From positions 137,702,001 to 137,766,000 of the forward strand of contig OZ024743.1 of assembly GCA_964016885.1 (NCBI GenBank): DNA of 64,000 nucleotides, in the 5' to 3' direction. Under the pieces are notes generated by a model. That model was given only the letters and a program-made list of their open reading frames with translations, searched no databases and was not told the DNA's origin. Position numbers and translations under genes: made by a program. Shown here one piece after another: positions 1 through 14,050 of the stretch. This stretch comes from Eledone cirrhosa. Its lineage: Eukaryota. Every line of letters begins with the position of its first letter. Positions within the stretch are counted from its first letter, which is position 1.

Positions 1-3000
1 TTTGATGCTTGGTGCTTGGTGCTTGGTGTTTGGTGCTTGGTGCTTGGTGTTTGGTGCTTGGTGCTTGGTGTTTGGTGTTTGGTGCTTGGTGTTTGGTGCT
101 TGGTGCTTGGTGCTTGGTGCTTGGTCTTTGGAGGTTGGTGCTTGGTGCTTGGTGTTAGGTGTTTGGTGCTTGGTGCTTGGTGTTTGGTGTTTGGTGCTTG
201 GTGTTTGGTGTTTGGTGCTTGGTGTTTGGTGCTTGGTACTTGGTGCTTGGTGCTTGGTGTTAGGTGTTTGGTGCTTGGTGTTTGGTGTCTGGTTTTTGGT
301 GCTTGGTGCTTGGTGTTTGGTGCTTGCTGCTGGCTGCTTGGTGTTTGGTGCCTGGTGATTGGTGCTTGGTGTTTGGTGCTTGGTGTTTGGTGTTTGGTGG
401 TAGGTGCTTGGTGTTTGGTTCTTGGTGCTTGGTGTTTGTACTTGGTGCTTGGTGCTTGGTTCTTGGTGTTTGGTGCTTGGTGCTTGGTGTTTGGTGCTTG
501 GTGCTTGGTGTTTGGTGCTTGGTGTTTGGTGCTTGGTGTTTGGTGCTTGGTGCTTGGTGCTTGGTGTTTGGTGCCTGGTGTTTGGTGCTTGGTGTTAGGT
601 GTTTGGTGCTTGGTGCTTGGTGTTAGGTGTTTGGTGCTTGGTGTTTGGTGCTTGGTGTTTGGTGCTTGGTGCTTGGTGCTTGGTGCTTGGTGTTTGGTGG
701 TTGGTGTTTGGTGCTTGGTGTTAGGTGTTTGGTGCTTGGTGCTTGGTGTTTGGTGTTTGGTACTTGGTGTTTGGTGTTTGGCGCTTGGTGTTTGGTGCTT
801 TTTGCTTGGTGCTTGGTGCTTGGTGTTTGGTGCTTGGTGCTTGGTGTTTGGTGCTGGGTGCTTGGTGTTTGGTGTTTGGTGTTATATGCTTGGTGTTTGA
901 TGCTTGGTGCTTGGTGCTTGGTGTTTGGTGTTTGGTGTTTGTACTTGGTGCTTGGTGCTTGGTGCTTGGTGTTTGGTGCTTGGTGTTTGGTGCTTGGTGC
1001 TTGGTGCTTGGTGCTTGGTGCTTGGTGTTTGGTGGTTGGTGTTTGGTGCTTGGTGTTAGGTGTTTGGTGCTTGGTGCTTGGTGTTTGGTGTTTGGTGCTT
1101 GGTGTTTGGTGTTTGGTGCTTGGTGTTTGGTGCTTGGTACTTGGTGCTTGGTGCTTGGTGTTAGGTGTTTGGTGCTTGGTGTTTGGTGCTTGGTGTTTGG
1201 TGCTTGGTGCTTGGTGCTTGGTGCTTGGTGTTTGGTGGTTGGTGTTTAGTGCTTGGTGTTAGTTGTTTGGTGCTTGGTGCTTGGTGTTTGGTGTTTGGTG
1301 CTTGGTGTTTGGTGTTTGGTGCTTGGTGTTTGGTGCTTTTTGCTTGGTGCTTGGTGCTTGGTGTTTGGTGCTTGGTGCTTGGTGTTTGGTGCTGGGTGCT
1401 TGGTGTTTGGTGTTTGGTTTTATATGCTTGGTGTTTGATGCTTGGTGCTTGGTGTTTGGTGTTTGGTGCTTGGTGTTTGATGTTTGGTGCTTGGTGCTTG
1501 GTGTTTGGTGCTTGGTGCTTGGTGTTTGGTGCTTGGTGCTTGGTGTTTGGTGCTTGGTGTTTGGTGCTTGATGTTTGGTGCTTGGTGCTTGGTGCTTGGT
1601 GCTTGGTGTTTGGTCGTTGGTGCTTGGTGCTTGGTGTTAGGTGTTTGGTGCTTGGTGCTTGGTGTTTGGTGTTTGGTGCTTGGTGTTTGGTGTTTGGTGC
1701 TTGCTGCTGGCTGCTTGGTGTTTGGTGCTTGGTGATTGGTGCTTGGTGTTTGGTGCTTGGTGTTTGGTGTTTGGTGCTAGGTGCTTGGTGTTTGGTGCTT
1801 GGTGCTTGGTGTTTGTACTTGGTGCTTGGTGCTTGGTTCTTGGTGTTTGGTGCTTGGTGCTTGGTGTTTGGTGCTTGGTGCTTGGTGTTTGGTGCTTGGT
1901 GTTTGGTGCTTGGTGTTTGGTGCTTGGTTCTTGGTGCTTGGTGTTTGGTGCTTGGTGTTTGGTGCTTGGTGTTGGGTGTTTGGTGCTTGGTGTTTGGTGC
2001 TTGGTACTTGGTGCTTGGTGCTTGGTGTTAGGTGTTTGGTGCTTGGTGTTTGGAGTCTGGTTTTTGGTGCTTGGTGCTTGGTGTTTGGTGCTTGCTGCTG
2101 GCTGCTTGGTGTTTGGTGCTTGGTGATTGGTGCTTGGTGTTTGGTGCTTGGTGTTTGGTGTTTGGTGCTAGATGCTTGGTGTTTGGTGCTTGGTGCTTGG
2201 TGTTTGTACTTGGTGCTTGGTGCTTGGTTCTTGGTGTTTGGTGCTTGGTGCTTGGTGTTTGGTGCTTGGTGCTTGGTGTTTGGTGCTTGGTGTTTGGTGC
2301 TTGGTGCTTGGTGCTTGGTGTTTGTACTTGGTGCTTGGTGCTTGGTGTTTGGTTCTTGGTTCTTGGTGTTTGGTACTTGGTGCTTGGTGCTTGGTGCTTG
2401 ATGTTTGGTGTTTGGTGGTTGGTGTTTGGTGCTTGGTGCTTGGTGCTTGGTGTTAGGTGTTTGGTGCTTGGTCCTTGGTGTTTGGTGCTTGGTGTTTGGT
2501 GTTTGCTGTCTGCTTTTTGGTGTTTAGTGTTTGCTGTATGGTGTTTGGTGTTTGCTGTTTGGTGTTTGGTCTTTGGTGCTTGGTGTTTGGTGCTTGGTGC
2601 TTGGTGTTTGGTGTTTGGTGCTTGGTGCTTGGTGTTTGGTGTTATATGCTTGGTGTTTGATGCTTGGTGCTTGGTGCTTGGTGTTTGGTGTTTGGTGTTT
2701 GTACTTGGTGCTTGGTGCTTGGTGCTTGGTGTTTGGTGCATGGTGTTTGGTGCTTGGTGCTTGGTGCTTGGTGCTTGGTGCTTGGTGTTTGGTGGTTGGT
2801 GTTTGGTGCTTGGTGTTAGGTGTTTGGTGCTTGGTGCTTGGTGTTTGGTGTTTGGTGCTTGGTGTTTGGTGTTTGGTGCTTGGTGTTTGGTGCTTGGTAC
2901 TTGGTGCTTGGTGCTTGGTGTTAGGTGTTTGGTGCTTGGTGTTTGGTGCTTGGTGTTTGGTGCTTGGTGCTTAGTGCTTGGTGCTTGGTGTTTGGTGGTT

Positions 3001-6000
3001 GGTGTTTGGTGCTTGGTGTTAGGTGTTTGGTGCTTGGTGCTTGGTGTTTGGTGTTTGGTGATTGGTGTTTGGTGTTTGGTGCTTGGTGTTTGGTGCTTTT
3101 TGCTTGGTGCTTGGTGCTTGGTGTTTGGTGCTTGGTTCTTGGTGTTTGGTGCTGGGTGCTTGGTGTTTGGTGTTTGGTGTTATATGCTTGGTGTTTGATG
3201 CTTGGTGCTTGGTGCTTGGTGTTTGGTGTTTGGTGCTTAGTGTTTGATGCTTGGTGCTTGGTGCTTGGTGTTTGGTGCTTGGTGCTTGGTGTTTGGTGCT
3301 TGGTGCTTGGTGTTTGGTGTTTGGTGCTTGGTGTTTGGTGCTTGGTGCTTGGTGCTTGGTGCTTGGTGTTTGGAGGTTGGTGCTTGGTGCTTGGTGTTAG
3401 GTGTTTGGTGCTTGGTGCTTGGTGTTTGGTGTTCGGTGCTTGGTGTTTGGTGTTTGGTGCTTGGTGTTTGGTGCTTGGTACTTGGTGCTTGGTGCTTGGT
3501 GTTAGGTGTTTGGTGCTTGGTGTTTGGTGTCTGGTTTTTGGTGCTTGGTGCTTGGTGTTTGGTGCTTGCTGCTGGCTGCTTGGTGTTTGGTGCCTGGTGA
3601 TTGGTGCTTGGTGTTTGGTGCTTGGTGTTTGGTGTTTGGTGGTAGGTGCTTGGTGTTTGGTTCTTGCTGCTTGGTGTTTGTACTTGGTGCTTGGTGCTTG
3701 GTTCTTGGTGTTTGGTGCTTGGTGCTTGGTGTTTGGTGCTTGGTGCTTGGTGTTTGGTGCTTGGTGTTTGGTGCTTGGTGTTTGGTGGTTGGTGCTTGGT
3801 GCTTGGTGTTTGGTGCCTGGTGTTTGGTGCTTGGTGTTAGGCGTTTGGTGCTTGGTGCTTGGTGTTAGGTGTTTGGTGCTTGGTGTTTGGTGCTTGGTGT
3901 TTGGTGCTTGGTGCTTGGTGCTTGGTGCTTGGTGTTTGGTGGTTGGTGTTTGGTGCTTGGTGTTAGGTGTTTGGTGCTTGGTGCTTGGTGTTTGGTGTTT
4001 GGTACTTGGTGTTTGGTGTTTGGTGCTTGGTGTTTGGTGCTTTTTGCTTGGTGCTTGGTGCTTGGTGTTTGGTGCTTGGTGCTTGGTGTTTGGTGCTGGG
4101 TGCTTGGTGTTTGGTGTTTGGTGTTATATGCTTGGTGTTTGATGCTTGGTGCTTGGTGCTTGGTGTTTGGTGTTTGGTGCTTGGTGTTTGATGCTTGGTG
4201 CTTGGTGCTTGGTGTTTGGTAATTGGTGCTTGGTGTTTGGTGCTTGGTGCTTGGTGTTTGATGCTTGGTGCTTGGTGTTTGGTGCTTGGTGCTTGGTGCT
4301 TGGTGCTTGGTGTTTGGTGGTTGGTGCTTGGTGCTTGGTGTTAGGTGTTTGGTGCTTGGTGCTTGGTGTTTGGTGTTTGGTGCTTGGTGTTTGGTGTTTG
4401 GTGCTTGGTGTTTGGTGCTTGGTACTTGGTGCTTGGTGCTTGGTGTTAGGTGTTTGGTGCTTGGTGTTTGGTGTCTGGTTTTTGGTGCTTGGTGCTTGGT
4501 GTTTGGTGCTTGCTGCTGGCTGCTTGGTGTTTTGTGCTTGGTGATTGGTGCTTGGTGTTTGGTGCTTGGTGTTTGGTGTTTGGTGCTAGGTGCTTGGTGT
4601 TTGGTGCTTGGTGCTTGGTGTTTGTACTTGGTGCTTGGTGCTTGGTTCTTGGTGTTTGGTGCTTGGTGCTTGGTGTTTGGTGCTTGGTGCTTGGTGTTTG
4701 GTGCTTGGTGTTTGGTGCTTGGTGTTTGGTGCTTGGTGCTTGGTGCTTGGTGTTTGGTGCTTGGTGCTTGGTGTTTGTACTTGGTGCTTGGTGCTTGGTT
4801 CTTGGTGTTTGGTGCTTGGTGGTTGGTGTTTGGTGCTTGGTTTTTGGTGCTTGGTGTTAGGTGTGTGGTGCTTGGTGCTTGGTGTTTGGTGTTTGGTGCT
4901 TGGTGTTTGGTGTTTGGTGTTATATGCTTGGTGTTTGATGCTTGGTGCTTGGTGCTTGGTGTTTGGTGCTTGGTGTTTGATGCTTGGTGCTTGGTGCTTG
5001 GTGTTTGGTGCTTGGTGCTTGGTGTTTGGTGTTTGGTGCTTGGTGTTTGGTGTTTGGTGTTATATGCTTGGTGTTTGATGCTTGGTGCTTGGTGCTTGGT
5101 CTTTGGTGTTTGGTGTTTGTACTTGGTGCTTGGTGCTTGGTGCTTGGTGTTTGGTGCTTGGTGTTTGGTGCTTGGTGCTTGGTGCTTGGTGCTTGGTGCT
5201 TGGTGTTTGGTGGTTGGTGTTTGGTGCTTGGTGTTAGGTGTTTGGTGCTTGGTGCTTGGTGTTTGGTGTTTGGTGCTTGGTGTTTGGTGTTTGGTGCTTG
5301 GTGTTTGGTGCTTGGTACTTGGTGCTTGGTGCTTGGTGTTAGGTGTTTGGTGGTTGGTGTTTGGTGCTTGGTGTTTGGTGCTTGGTGCTTGGTGCTTGGT
5401 GCTTGGTGTTTGGTGGTTGGTGTTTGGTGCTTGGTGTTAGGTGTTTGGTGCTTGGTGCTTGGTGTTTGGTGTTTGGTGCTTGGTGTTTGGTGTTTGGTGC
5501 TTGGTGTTTGGTGCTTTTTGCTTGGTGCTTGGTGCTTGGTGTTTGGTGCTTGGTTCTTGGTGTTTGGTGCTGGGTGCTTGGTGTTTGGTGTTTGGTGTTA
5601 TATGCTTGGTGTTTGATGCTTGGTGCTTGGTGCTTGGTGTTTGGAGTTTGGTGCTTGGTGTTTGATGCTTGGTGCTTGGTGCTTGGTGTTTGGTGCTTGG
5701 TGCTTGGTGCTTGGTGTTTGTTGCTTGGTGTTTGGTGCTTGGTGTTTGGTGCTTGGTGCTTGGTGCTTGGTGTTTGGTGGTTGGTGCTTGGTGCTTGGTG
5801 TTAGGTGTTTGGTGCTTGGTGCTTGGTGTTTGGTGTTTGGTGCTTGGTGTTTGGTGTTTGGTGTTTGTTGTTTGGTGCTTGGTACTTGGTGCTTGGTGCT
5901 TGGTGTTAGGTGTTTGGTGCTTGGTGTTTGGTGTCTGGTTTTTGGTGCTTGGTGCTTGGTGTTTGGTGCTTGCTGCTGGCTGCTTGGTGTTTGGTGCTTG

Positions 6001-7300
6001 GTGATTGGTTCTTGGTGTTTGGTGCTTGGTGTTTGGTGTTTGGTGCTAGGTGCTTGGTGTTTGGTGCTTGGTGCTTGGTGTTTGTACTTGGTGCTTGGTG
6101 CTTGGTTCTTGGTGTTTGGTGCTTGGTGCTTGGTGTTTGGTGCTTGGTGCTTGGTGTTTGGTGCTTGGTGTTTGGTGCTTGGTGTTTGGTGCTTGGTGCT
6201 TGGTGCTTGGTGTTTGGTGTTTGGTGTTTGGTGCTTGGTGTTAGGTGTTTGGTGCTTGGTGCTTGGTGTTAGGTGTTTGGTGCTTGGTATTTGGTGCTTG
6301 GTGTTTGGTGCTTGGTGCTTGGTGCTTGGTGCTTGGTGTTTGGTGGTTGGTGTTTGGTGCTTGGTGTTAGGTGTTTGGTGCTTGGTGCTTGGTGTTTGGT
6401 GTTTGGTGCTTGGTGTTTGGTGTTTGGTGCTTGGTGTTTGGTGCTTTTTGCTTGGTGCTTGGTGCTTGGTGTTTGGTGCTTGGTTCTTGGTGTTTGGTGC
6501 TGGGTGCTTGGTGTTTGGTGTTTGGTGTTATATGCTTGGTGTTTGATGCTTGGTGCTTGGTGCTTGGTGTTTGGTGTTTGGTTCTTGGTGTTTGATGCTT
6601 GGTGCTTGGTGCTTGGTGTTTGGTGCTTGGTGCTTGGTGCTTGGTGTTTGGTGCTTGGTGTTTGGTGCTTGGTATTTGGTGCTTGGTGCTTGGTGCTTGG
6701 TGTTTGGTGGTTGGTGCTTGGTGCTTGGTGTTAGGTGTTTGGTGCTTGGTGCTTGGTGTTTGGTGCTTGGTGTTTGGTGTTTGGTGTTTGGTGTTTGGTG
6801 CTTGGTACTTGGTGCTTGGTGCTTGGTGTTAGGTGTTTGGTGCTTGGTGTTTGGTGTCTGGTTTTTGGTGCTTGGTGCTTGGTGTTTGGTGCTTGCTGCT
6901 GGCTGCTTGGTGTTTGGTGCTTGTTGATTGGTGCTTGGTGTTTGGTGCTTGGTGCTTGGTGCTTGGTGCTTGGTGTTTGGTGGTTGGTGCTTGGTGCTTG
7001 GTGTTAGGTGTTTGGTGCTTGGTGCTTGGTGTTTGGTGTTTGGTGCTTGGTGTTTGGTGTTTGGTGCTTGGTGTTTGGTGCTTGGTAATTGGTGCTTGGT
7101 GCTTGGTGTTAGGTGTTTGGTGCTTGGTGTTTGGTGTCTGGTTTTTGGTGCTTGGTGCTTGGTGTTTGGTGCTTGCTGCTGGCTGCTTGGTGTTTGGTGC
7201 CTGGTGATTGGTGCTTGGTGTTTGGTGCTTGGTGTTTGGTGTTTGGTGCTAGGTGCTTGGTGTTTGGTTCTTGGTGCTTGGTGTTTGTACTTGGTGCTTG
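1..7300 (+). repeat. Left-arm domain A: irregular higher-order repeats with about 0.54-kb and 0.93-kb modules and a 3242-bp-offset duplication
   Basis: The TATATGC marker occurs at 883, 1421, 2643, 3181, 4125, 4921, 5061, 5599 and 6529 (538-bp spacing three times, plus 944 and 930). Positions 1 to about 935 recur at 3243 to about 4175 (ORFs 2..358 and 3244..3600, and 264..626 and 3506..3868, are near-identical). Confidence 0.85.
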
Positions 7301-7349
7301 GTGCTTGGTTCTTGGTGTTTGGTGCTTGGTGCTTGGTGTTTGGTGCTTG

Positions 7350-10300
7350 GTGCTTGGTGTTTGGTGCTTGGTGCTTGGTGTTTGGTGCTTGGTGTTTAGT
7401 GTTTGGTGCTTGGTGCTTAGTGTTTGGTGCTAGGTGCTTGGTGTTTGGTGCTTGGTGTTTAGGTGCCTGGTGCTTGGTGTTTGGTGTTTGGTGTTTGGTG
7501 CTTGGTGCTTGGTGTTTGGTGTTTGCTGTTTGCTGTTTGGTGTTTGTTGTTTGGTGTTTGTTGTTTGGTGTTTGCTGTTTGGTGTTTGGTGTTTGCTTTT
7601 TGGTGTTTAGTGTTTGCTGTATGTTGTTTGCTGTTTGGTGTTTGGTGTTTGGTGTTTGGTGCTTGTTCCTTGGTGTTTGGTGCTTGGTGTTTGGTGCCTG
7701 GTGCTTGGTGCTTGGTGCTTGGTGTTTGGTGTTTGGTGCTTGGTGCTTGGTGCTTGGAGTTTGGTGTTTGGTGCTTGGTGCTTGGTGTTTTGTGTTTCGT
7801 GTTTGGTTTTTGGTGCTTGGTGCTTGGTGCTTGGTCCTTGGTGTTTGGTGCTGGGTGCTTTGTGTTTGGTGCTTGGTGCTTGGTGCTTGGTGTTTGGTGT
7901 TTGCTGCTTGGTGTTTGATGCTTGGTGCTTGGTGCTTGGTGTTTTGTGTTTGGTGCTTGGTGCTTGGTGTTTGGTGTTTGGTGCTTGGTGCTTGGTGCTT
8001 GGTGTTTGTACTTGGTGCTTGGTGCTTGGTGTTTGGTTCTTGGTTCTTGATGTTTGGTGTTTGGCGTTTGGTGTTTGGTGCTTGGTGCTTGGTGTTTGGT
8101 GCCTGGTGCTTGGTGCTTGGTGCTTGGAGTTTGGTGTTTGGTGTTTGGTTTTTGGTGCTGGGTGCTTGGGCCTTGGTGTTTGGTGCTGGGTGCTTTGTGT
8201 TTGGTGCTTGGTGCTTGGTGTTTGGTGTTTGCTGCTTGGTGTTTGATGCTTGGTGCTTGGTGCTTGGTGTTTTGTGTTTGGTGCTTGGTTCTTGGTGTTT
8301 GGTGCTTGGTGCTTGGTGCTTGGTGTTTGTACTTGGTGCTTGGTGCTTGGTGTTTGGTTCTTGGTTCTTGGTGTTTGGATACTTGTTGCTTGATGCTTGG
8401 TGCTTGATGTTTGGTGTTTGTTGCTTGGTGTTTGGTGCTTGGTGCTTGGTGCTTGGTGTTAGGTGTTTGGTGCTTGGTCCTTGGTGTTTGGTGCTTGGTG
8501 TTTGGTGTTTGCTGTTTGGTGTTTGGTGTTTGGTGTTTGCTGTTTGGTGTCTGCTTTTTGGTGTTTAGTGTTTGCTGTATGGTGTTTTGTGTTTGCTGTT
8601 TGGTGTTTGGTCTTTGGTGCTTGGTGCTTGGTGCTTGGTGTTATATATGCTTGGTGTTTGATGCTTGGTGCTTGGTGCTTGGTGTTTGGTGTTTGGTGTT
8701 TGATGCTTGGTGCTTGGTGTTTGGTGCTTGGTGCTTGGTGTTTGTACTTGGTGCTTGGTGCTTCGTGCTTGGTGTTTGGTGCTTGGTGTTTGGTGCTTGG
8801 TGCTTGGTGTTTGGTGCTTGGTGCTTGGTGCTTGGTGCTTGGTGTTTGGTGGTTGGTGTTTGGTGCTTGGTGTTAGGTGTTTGGTGCTTGGTGCTTGGTG
8901 TTTGGTGTTTAGTGCTTGGTGTTTGGTGCTTGGTGCTTGGTGTTTGGTGCTTGGTACTTGGTGCTTGGTGCTTGGTGTTAGGTGTTTGGTGCTTGGTGTT
9001 TGGTGCTTGGTGTTTGGTGCTTGGTGCTTGGTGCTTGGTGCTTGGTGTTTGGTGGTTGGTGTTTGGTGCTTGGTGTTAGGTGTTTGGTGCTTGGTGCTTG
9101 GTGTTTGGTGTTTGGTGCTTGGTGTTTGGTGTTTGGTGCTTGGTGTTTGGTGCTTGGTGCTTGGTGTTTGGTGTTGGGTGCTTGGTGCTTGGTGTTTGGT
9201 GTTTGGTGCTTGGTGCTTGGTGTTTGGTGTTTGGTGTTATATGCTTGGTGTTTGATGCTTGGTGCTTGGTGTTTGGTGTTTGGTGTTTGGTGCTTGGTGT
9301 TTGATGCTTGGTGCTTGGTGCTTGGTGTTTGGTGCTTGGTGCTTGGTGTTTGGTGTTTGGTGCTTGGTGTTTGGTGATTGATGCTTGGTGCTTGGTGCTT
9401 GGTGTTTGGTGGTTGGTGCTTGGTGCTTGGTGTTAGGTGTTTGGTGCTTGGTGCTTGGTGTTTGGTGTTTGGTGCTTGGTGTTTGGTGTTTGGTTGTTGG
9501 TGTTTGGTGCTTGGAACTTGGTGCTTGGTGCTTGGTGTTAGGTGTTTGGTGCTTGGTGCTTGGTGTCTGGTTTTTGGTGCTTGGTGCTTGGTGTTTGGTG
9601 TTTGGTGCTTGCTGCTGGTTGCTTGGTGTTTGGTGCTTGATGATTGGTGCTTGGTGTTTGGGGCTTGGTGTTTGGTGTTTGGCGCTAGGTGCTTGGTGTT
9701 TGGTGCTTGGTGCTTGGTGTTTGTACTTGGTGCTTGGTGCTTGGTTCTTTGTGTTTGGTGTTTGGTGCTTGCTGCTTGGTGCTTGGTGCTTGGTGTTTGG
9801 TGCTTGGTGCTTGGTGCTTGGTGTTTGGTGCTTGGTGTTAGGTGTTTGGTGCTTGGTGCTTGGTGTTTGGTGTTTGGTGCTTGGTGCTTGGTGTTTGGTG
9901 TTTGGTGCTTGGTGTTTGGTGTTTGGTGTTATATGCTTGGTGTTTGATGCTTGGTGCTTGGTGCTTGGTGTTTGGTGCTTGGTGTTTGATGCTTGGTGCT
10001 TGGTGCTTGGTGTTTGGTGCTTGGTGCTTGGTGTTTGTACTTGGTGCTTGGTGCTTGGTTCTTGGTGTTTGGTGCTTGGTGCTTGGTGTTTGGTGCTTGG
10101 TGCTTGGTGTTTGGTGCTTGGTGTTTTGTGCTTGGTGTTTGGTGCTTGGTGCTTGGTGCTTGGTGCTTGGTGTTTGGTGCTTGGTGTTTGGTGCTTGGTG
10201 TTAGGTGTTTGGTGCTTGGTGTTTGGTGCTTGGTGTTTGGTGCTTGGTGTTTGGTGCTTGGTGCTTGGTGCTTGGTGCTTGGTGTTTGGTGCTTGGTGTT

Positions 10301-13300
10301 TGGTGCTTGGTGTTTGGTGCTTGGTGCTTGGTGCTTGGTGTTTGGTGTTTGGTGGTTGGTGTTTGGTGTTTGGTGTTAGGTGTTTGGTGCTTGGTGTTTG
10401 GTGTTTGGTGCTTGGTGTTTGGTGCTTGGTGCTTGGTGTTTGGTGTTTGGTGCTTGGTGTTTGGTGCTTGGTGCTTGGTGCTTGGTGCTTGGTGTTTGGT
10501 GCTTGGTGTTTGGTGCTTGGTGTTAGGTGTTTGGTACTTGGTGTTTGGTGCTTGGTGTTAGGTGTTTGGTGCTTGGTGTTTGGTGCTTGGTGTTTGGTGC
10601 TTGGTGTTTGGTGCTTGGTGCTTGGTGCTTGGTGCTTGGTGTTTGGTGCTTGGTGTTTGGTGCTTGGTGTTTGGTGCTTGGTGCTTGGTGCTTGGTGTTT
10701 GGTGTTTGGTGGTTGGTGTTTGGTGTTTGGTGTTAGGTGTTTGGTGCTTGGTGTTTGGTGTTTGGTGCTTGGTGTTTGGTGCTTGGTGCTTGGTGTTTGG
10801 TGTTTGGTGCTTGGTGTTTGGTGCTTGGTACTTGGTGCTTGGTGCTTGGTGTTAGGTGTTTGGTGCTTGGTGCTTGGTGTTTGGTTTTTGGTGCTTGGTG
10901 TTTGGTGTTTGGTGCTTGCTGCTGGCTGCTTGGTGTTTGATGCTTGGTGATTGGTGCTTGGTGTTTGGTGCTTGGTGTTTGGTGTTTGGTGCTAGGTGCT
11001 TGGTGTTTGGTGCTTGGTGCTGGGTGGTTGGTGTTTAGTGTTTGGTGTTTGGTGCTGGGTGCTTGGTGTTTGCTGCTTGGTGCTTGGTGTTTGGTGCTTG
11101 GTGTTTGGTGTTTGGTGCTTGGTGCTTGGTGCTTGGTGTTTGGTGCTTGGTGCTTGGTGTTTGGTGCTTGGTGTTTAGTGTTTGGTGCTTGGTGCTTAGT
11201 GTTTGGTGCTAGGTGCTTGGTGTTTGGTGCTTGGTGTTTAGGTGCCTGGTGCTTGGTGTTTGGTGTTTGGTGTTTGGTGCTTGGTGCTTGGTGTTTGGTG
11301 TTTGCTGTTTGCTGTTTGGTGTTTGTTGTTTGGTGTTTGTTGTTTGGTGTTTGCTGTTTGGTGTTTGGTGTTTGCTTTTTGGTGTTTAGTGTTTGCTGTA
11401 TGTTGTTTGCTGTTTGGTGTTTGGTGTTTGGTGTTTGGTGCTTGTTCCTTGGTGTTTGGTGCTTGGTGTTTGGTGCCTGGTGCTTGGTGCTTGGTGCTTG
11501 GTGTTTGGTGTTTGGTGCTTGGTGCTTGGTGCTTGGAGTTTGGTGTTTGGTGCTTGGTGCTTGGTGTTTTGTGTTTCGTGTTTGGTTTTTGGTGCTTGGT
11601 GCTTGGTGCTTGGTCCTTGGTGTTTGGTGCTGGGTGCTTTGTGTTTGGTGCTTGGTGCTTGGTGCTTGGTGTTTGGTGTTTGCTGCTTGGTGTTTGATGC
11701 TTGGTGCTTGGTGCTTGGTGCTTGGTGTTTTGTGTTTGGTGCTTGGTGCTTGGTGTTTAGTGTTTGGTGCTTGGTGCTTGGTGCTTGGTGTTTGTACTTG
11801 GTGCTTGGTGCTTGGTGTTTGGTTCTTGGTTCTTGATGTTTGGTGTTTGGCGTTTGGTGTTTGGTGCTTGGTGCTTGGTGTTTGGTGCCTGGTGCTTGGT
11901 GCTTGGTGCTTGGAGTTTGGTGTTTGGTGTTTGGTTTTTGGTGCTGGGTGCTTGGGCCTTGGTGTTTGGTGCTGGGTGCTTTGTGTTTGGTGCTTGGTGC
12001 TTGGTGTTTGGTGTTTGCTGCTTGGTGTTTGATGCTTGGTGCTTGGTGCTTGGTGTTTTGTGTTTGGTGCTTGGTTCTTGGTGTTTGGTGCTTGGTGCTT
12101 GGTGCTTGGTGTTTGTACTTGGTGCTTGGTGCTTGGTGTTTGGTTCTTGGTTCTTGGTGTTTGGATACTTGTTGCTTGATGCTTGGTGCTTGATGTTTGG
12201 TGTTTGTTGCTTGGTGTTTGGTGCTTGGTGCTTGGTGCTTGGTGTTAGGTGTTTGGTGCTTGTTCCTTGGTGTTTGGTGCTTGGTGTTTGGTGTTTGCTG
12301 TTTGGTGTTTGGTGTTTGGTGTTTGGTGTTTGCTGTTTGGTGTCTGCTTTTTGGTGTTTAGTGTTTGCTGTATGGTGTTTGGTGTTTGCTGTTTCGTGTT
12401 TGGTCTTTGGTGCTTGGTGCTTGGTGCTTGGTGTTATATATGCTTGGTGTTTGATGCTTGGTGCTTGGTGCTTGGTGTTTGGTGTTTGATGCTTGGTGCT
12501 TCGTGCTTGGTGTTTGGTGCTTGGTGTTTGGTGCTTGGTGCTTGGTGTTTGGTGCTTGGTGCTTGGTGCTTGGTGCTTGGTGTTTGGTGGTTGGTGTTTG
12601 GTGCTTGGTGTTAGGTTTTTGGTGCTTGGTGCTTGGTGTTTGGTGTTTAGTGCTTGGTGTTTGGTGCTTGGTGCTTGGTGTTTGGTGCTTGGTACTTGGT
12701 GCTTGGTGCTTGGTGTTAGGTGTTTGGTGCTTGGTGTTTGGTGCTTGGTGTTTGGTGCTTGGTGCTTGGTGCTTGGTGCTTGGTGTTTGGTGGTTGGTGT
12801 TTGGTGCTTGGTGTTAGGTGTTTGGTGCTTGGTGCTTGGTGTTTGGTGTTTGGTGCTTGGTGTTTGGTGTTTGGTGCTTGGTGTTTGGTGCTTTTTGCTT
12901 GGTGCTTGGTGCTTGGTGTTTGGTGCTTGGTGCTTGGTGTTTGGTGTTGGGTGCTTGGTGCTTGGTGTTTGGTGTTTGGTGCTTGGTGCTTGGTGTTTGG
13001 TGTTTGGTGTTATATGCTTGGTGTTTGATGCTTGGTGCTTGGTGTTTGGTGTTTGGTGTTTGGTGCTTGGTGTTTGATGCTTGGTGCTTGGTGCTTGGTG
13101 TTTGGTGCTTGGTGCTTGGTGTTTGGTGTTTGGTGCTTGGTGTTTGGTGATTGATGCTTGGTGCTTGGTGCTTGGTGTTTGGTGGTTGGTGCTTGGTGCT
13201 TGGTGTTAGGTGTTTGGTGCTTGGTGCTTGGTGTTTGGTGTTTGGTGCTTGGTGTTTGGTGTTTGGTTGTTGGTGTTTGGTGCTTGGAACTTGGTGCTTG

Positions 13301-14050
13301 GTGCTTGGTGTTAGGTGTTTGGTGCTTGGTGCTTGGTGTCTGGTTTTTGGTGCTTGGTGCTTGGTGTTTGGTGTTTGGTGCTTGCTGCTGGTTGCTTGGT
13401 GTTTGGTGCTTGATGATTGGTGCTTGGTGTTTGGGGCTTGGTGTTTGGTGTTTGGTGCTAGGTGCTTGGTGTTTGGTGCTTGGTGCTTGGTGTTTGTACT
13501 TGGTGCTTGGTGCTTGGTTCTTTGTGTTTGGTGTTTGGTGCTTGCTGCTTGGTGCTTGGTGCTTGGTGTTTGGTGCTTGGTGCTTGGTGCTTGGTGTTTG
13601 GTGCTTGGTGTTAGGTGTTTGGTGCTTGGTGCTTGGTGTTTGGTGTTTGGTGCTTGGTGCTTGGTGTTTGGTGTTTGGTGCTTGGTGTTTGGTGTTTGGT
13701 GTTATATGCTTGGTGTTTGATGCTTGGTGCTTGGTGCTTGGTGTTTGGTGCTTGGTGTTTGATGCTTGGTGCTTGGTGCTTGGTGTTTGGTGCTTGGTGC
13801 TTGGTGTTTGTACTTGGTGCTTGGTGCTTGGTTCTTGGTGTTTGGTGCTTGGTGCTTGGTGTTTGGTGCTTGGTGCTTGGTGTTTGGTGCTTGGTGTTTG
13901 GTGCTTGGTGTTTGGTGCTTGGTGCTTGGTGCTTGGTGCTTGGTGTTTGGTGCTTGGTGTTTGGTGCTTGGTGTTAGGTGTTTGGTGCTTGGTGTTTGGT
14001 GTTTGGTTTTTGGTGCTTGGTGCTTGGTGTTTGGTGCTTGCTGCTGGCTG
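7350..14050 (+). repeat. About 3.78-kb higher-order duplication (two copies)
   Basis: Rare markers are paired: GGATACTTG at 8377/12163 (3786), GGAACTTGG at 9513/13286 (3773) and TATATATGC at about 8642/12435. ORFs 7463..7918 and 11242..11697 are identical. Confidence 0.9.
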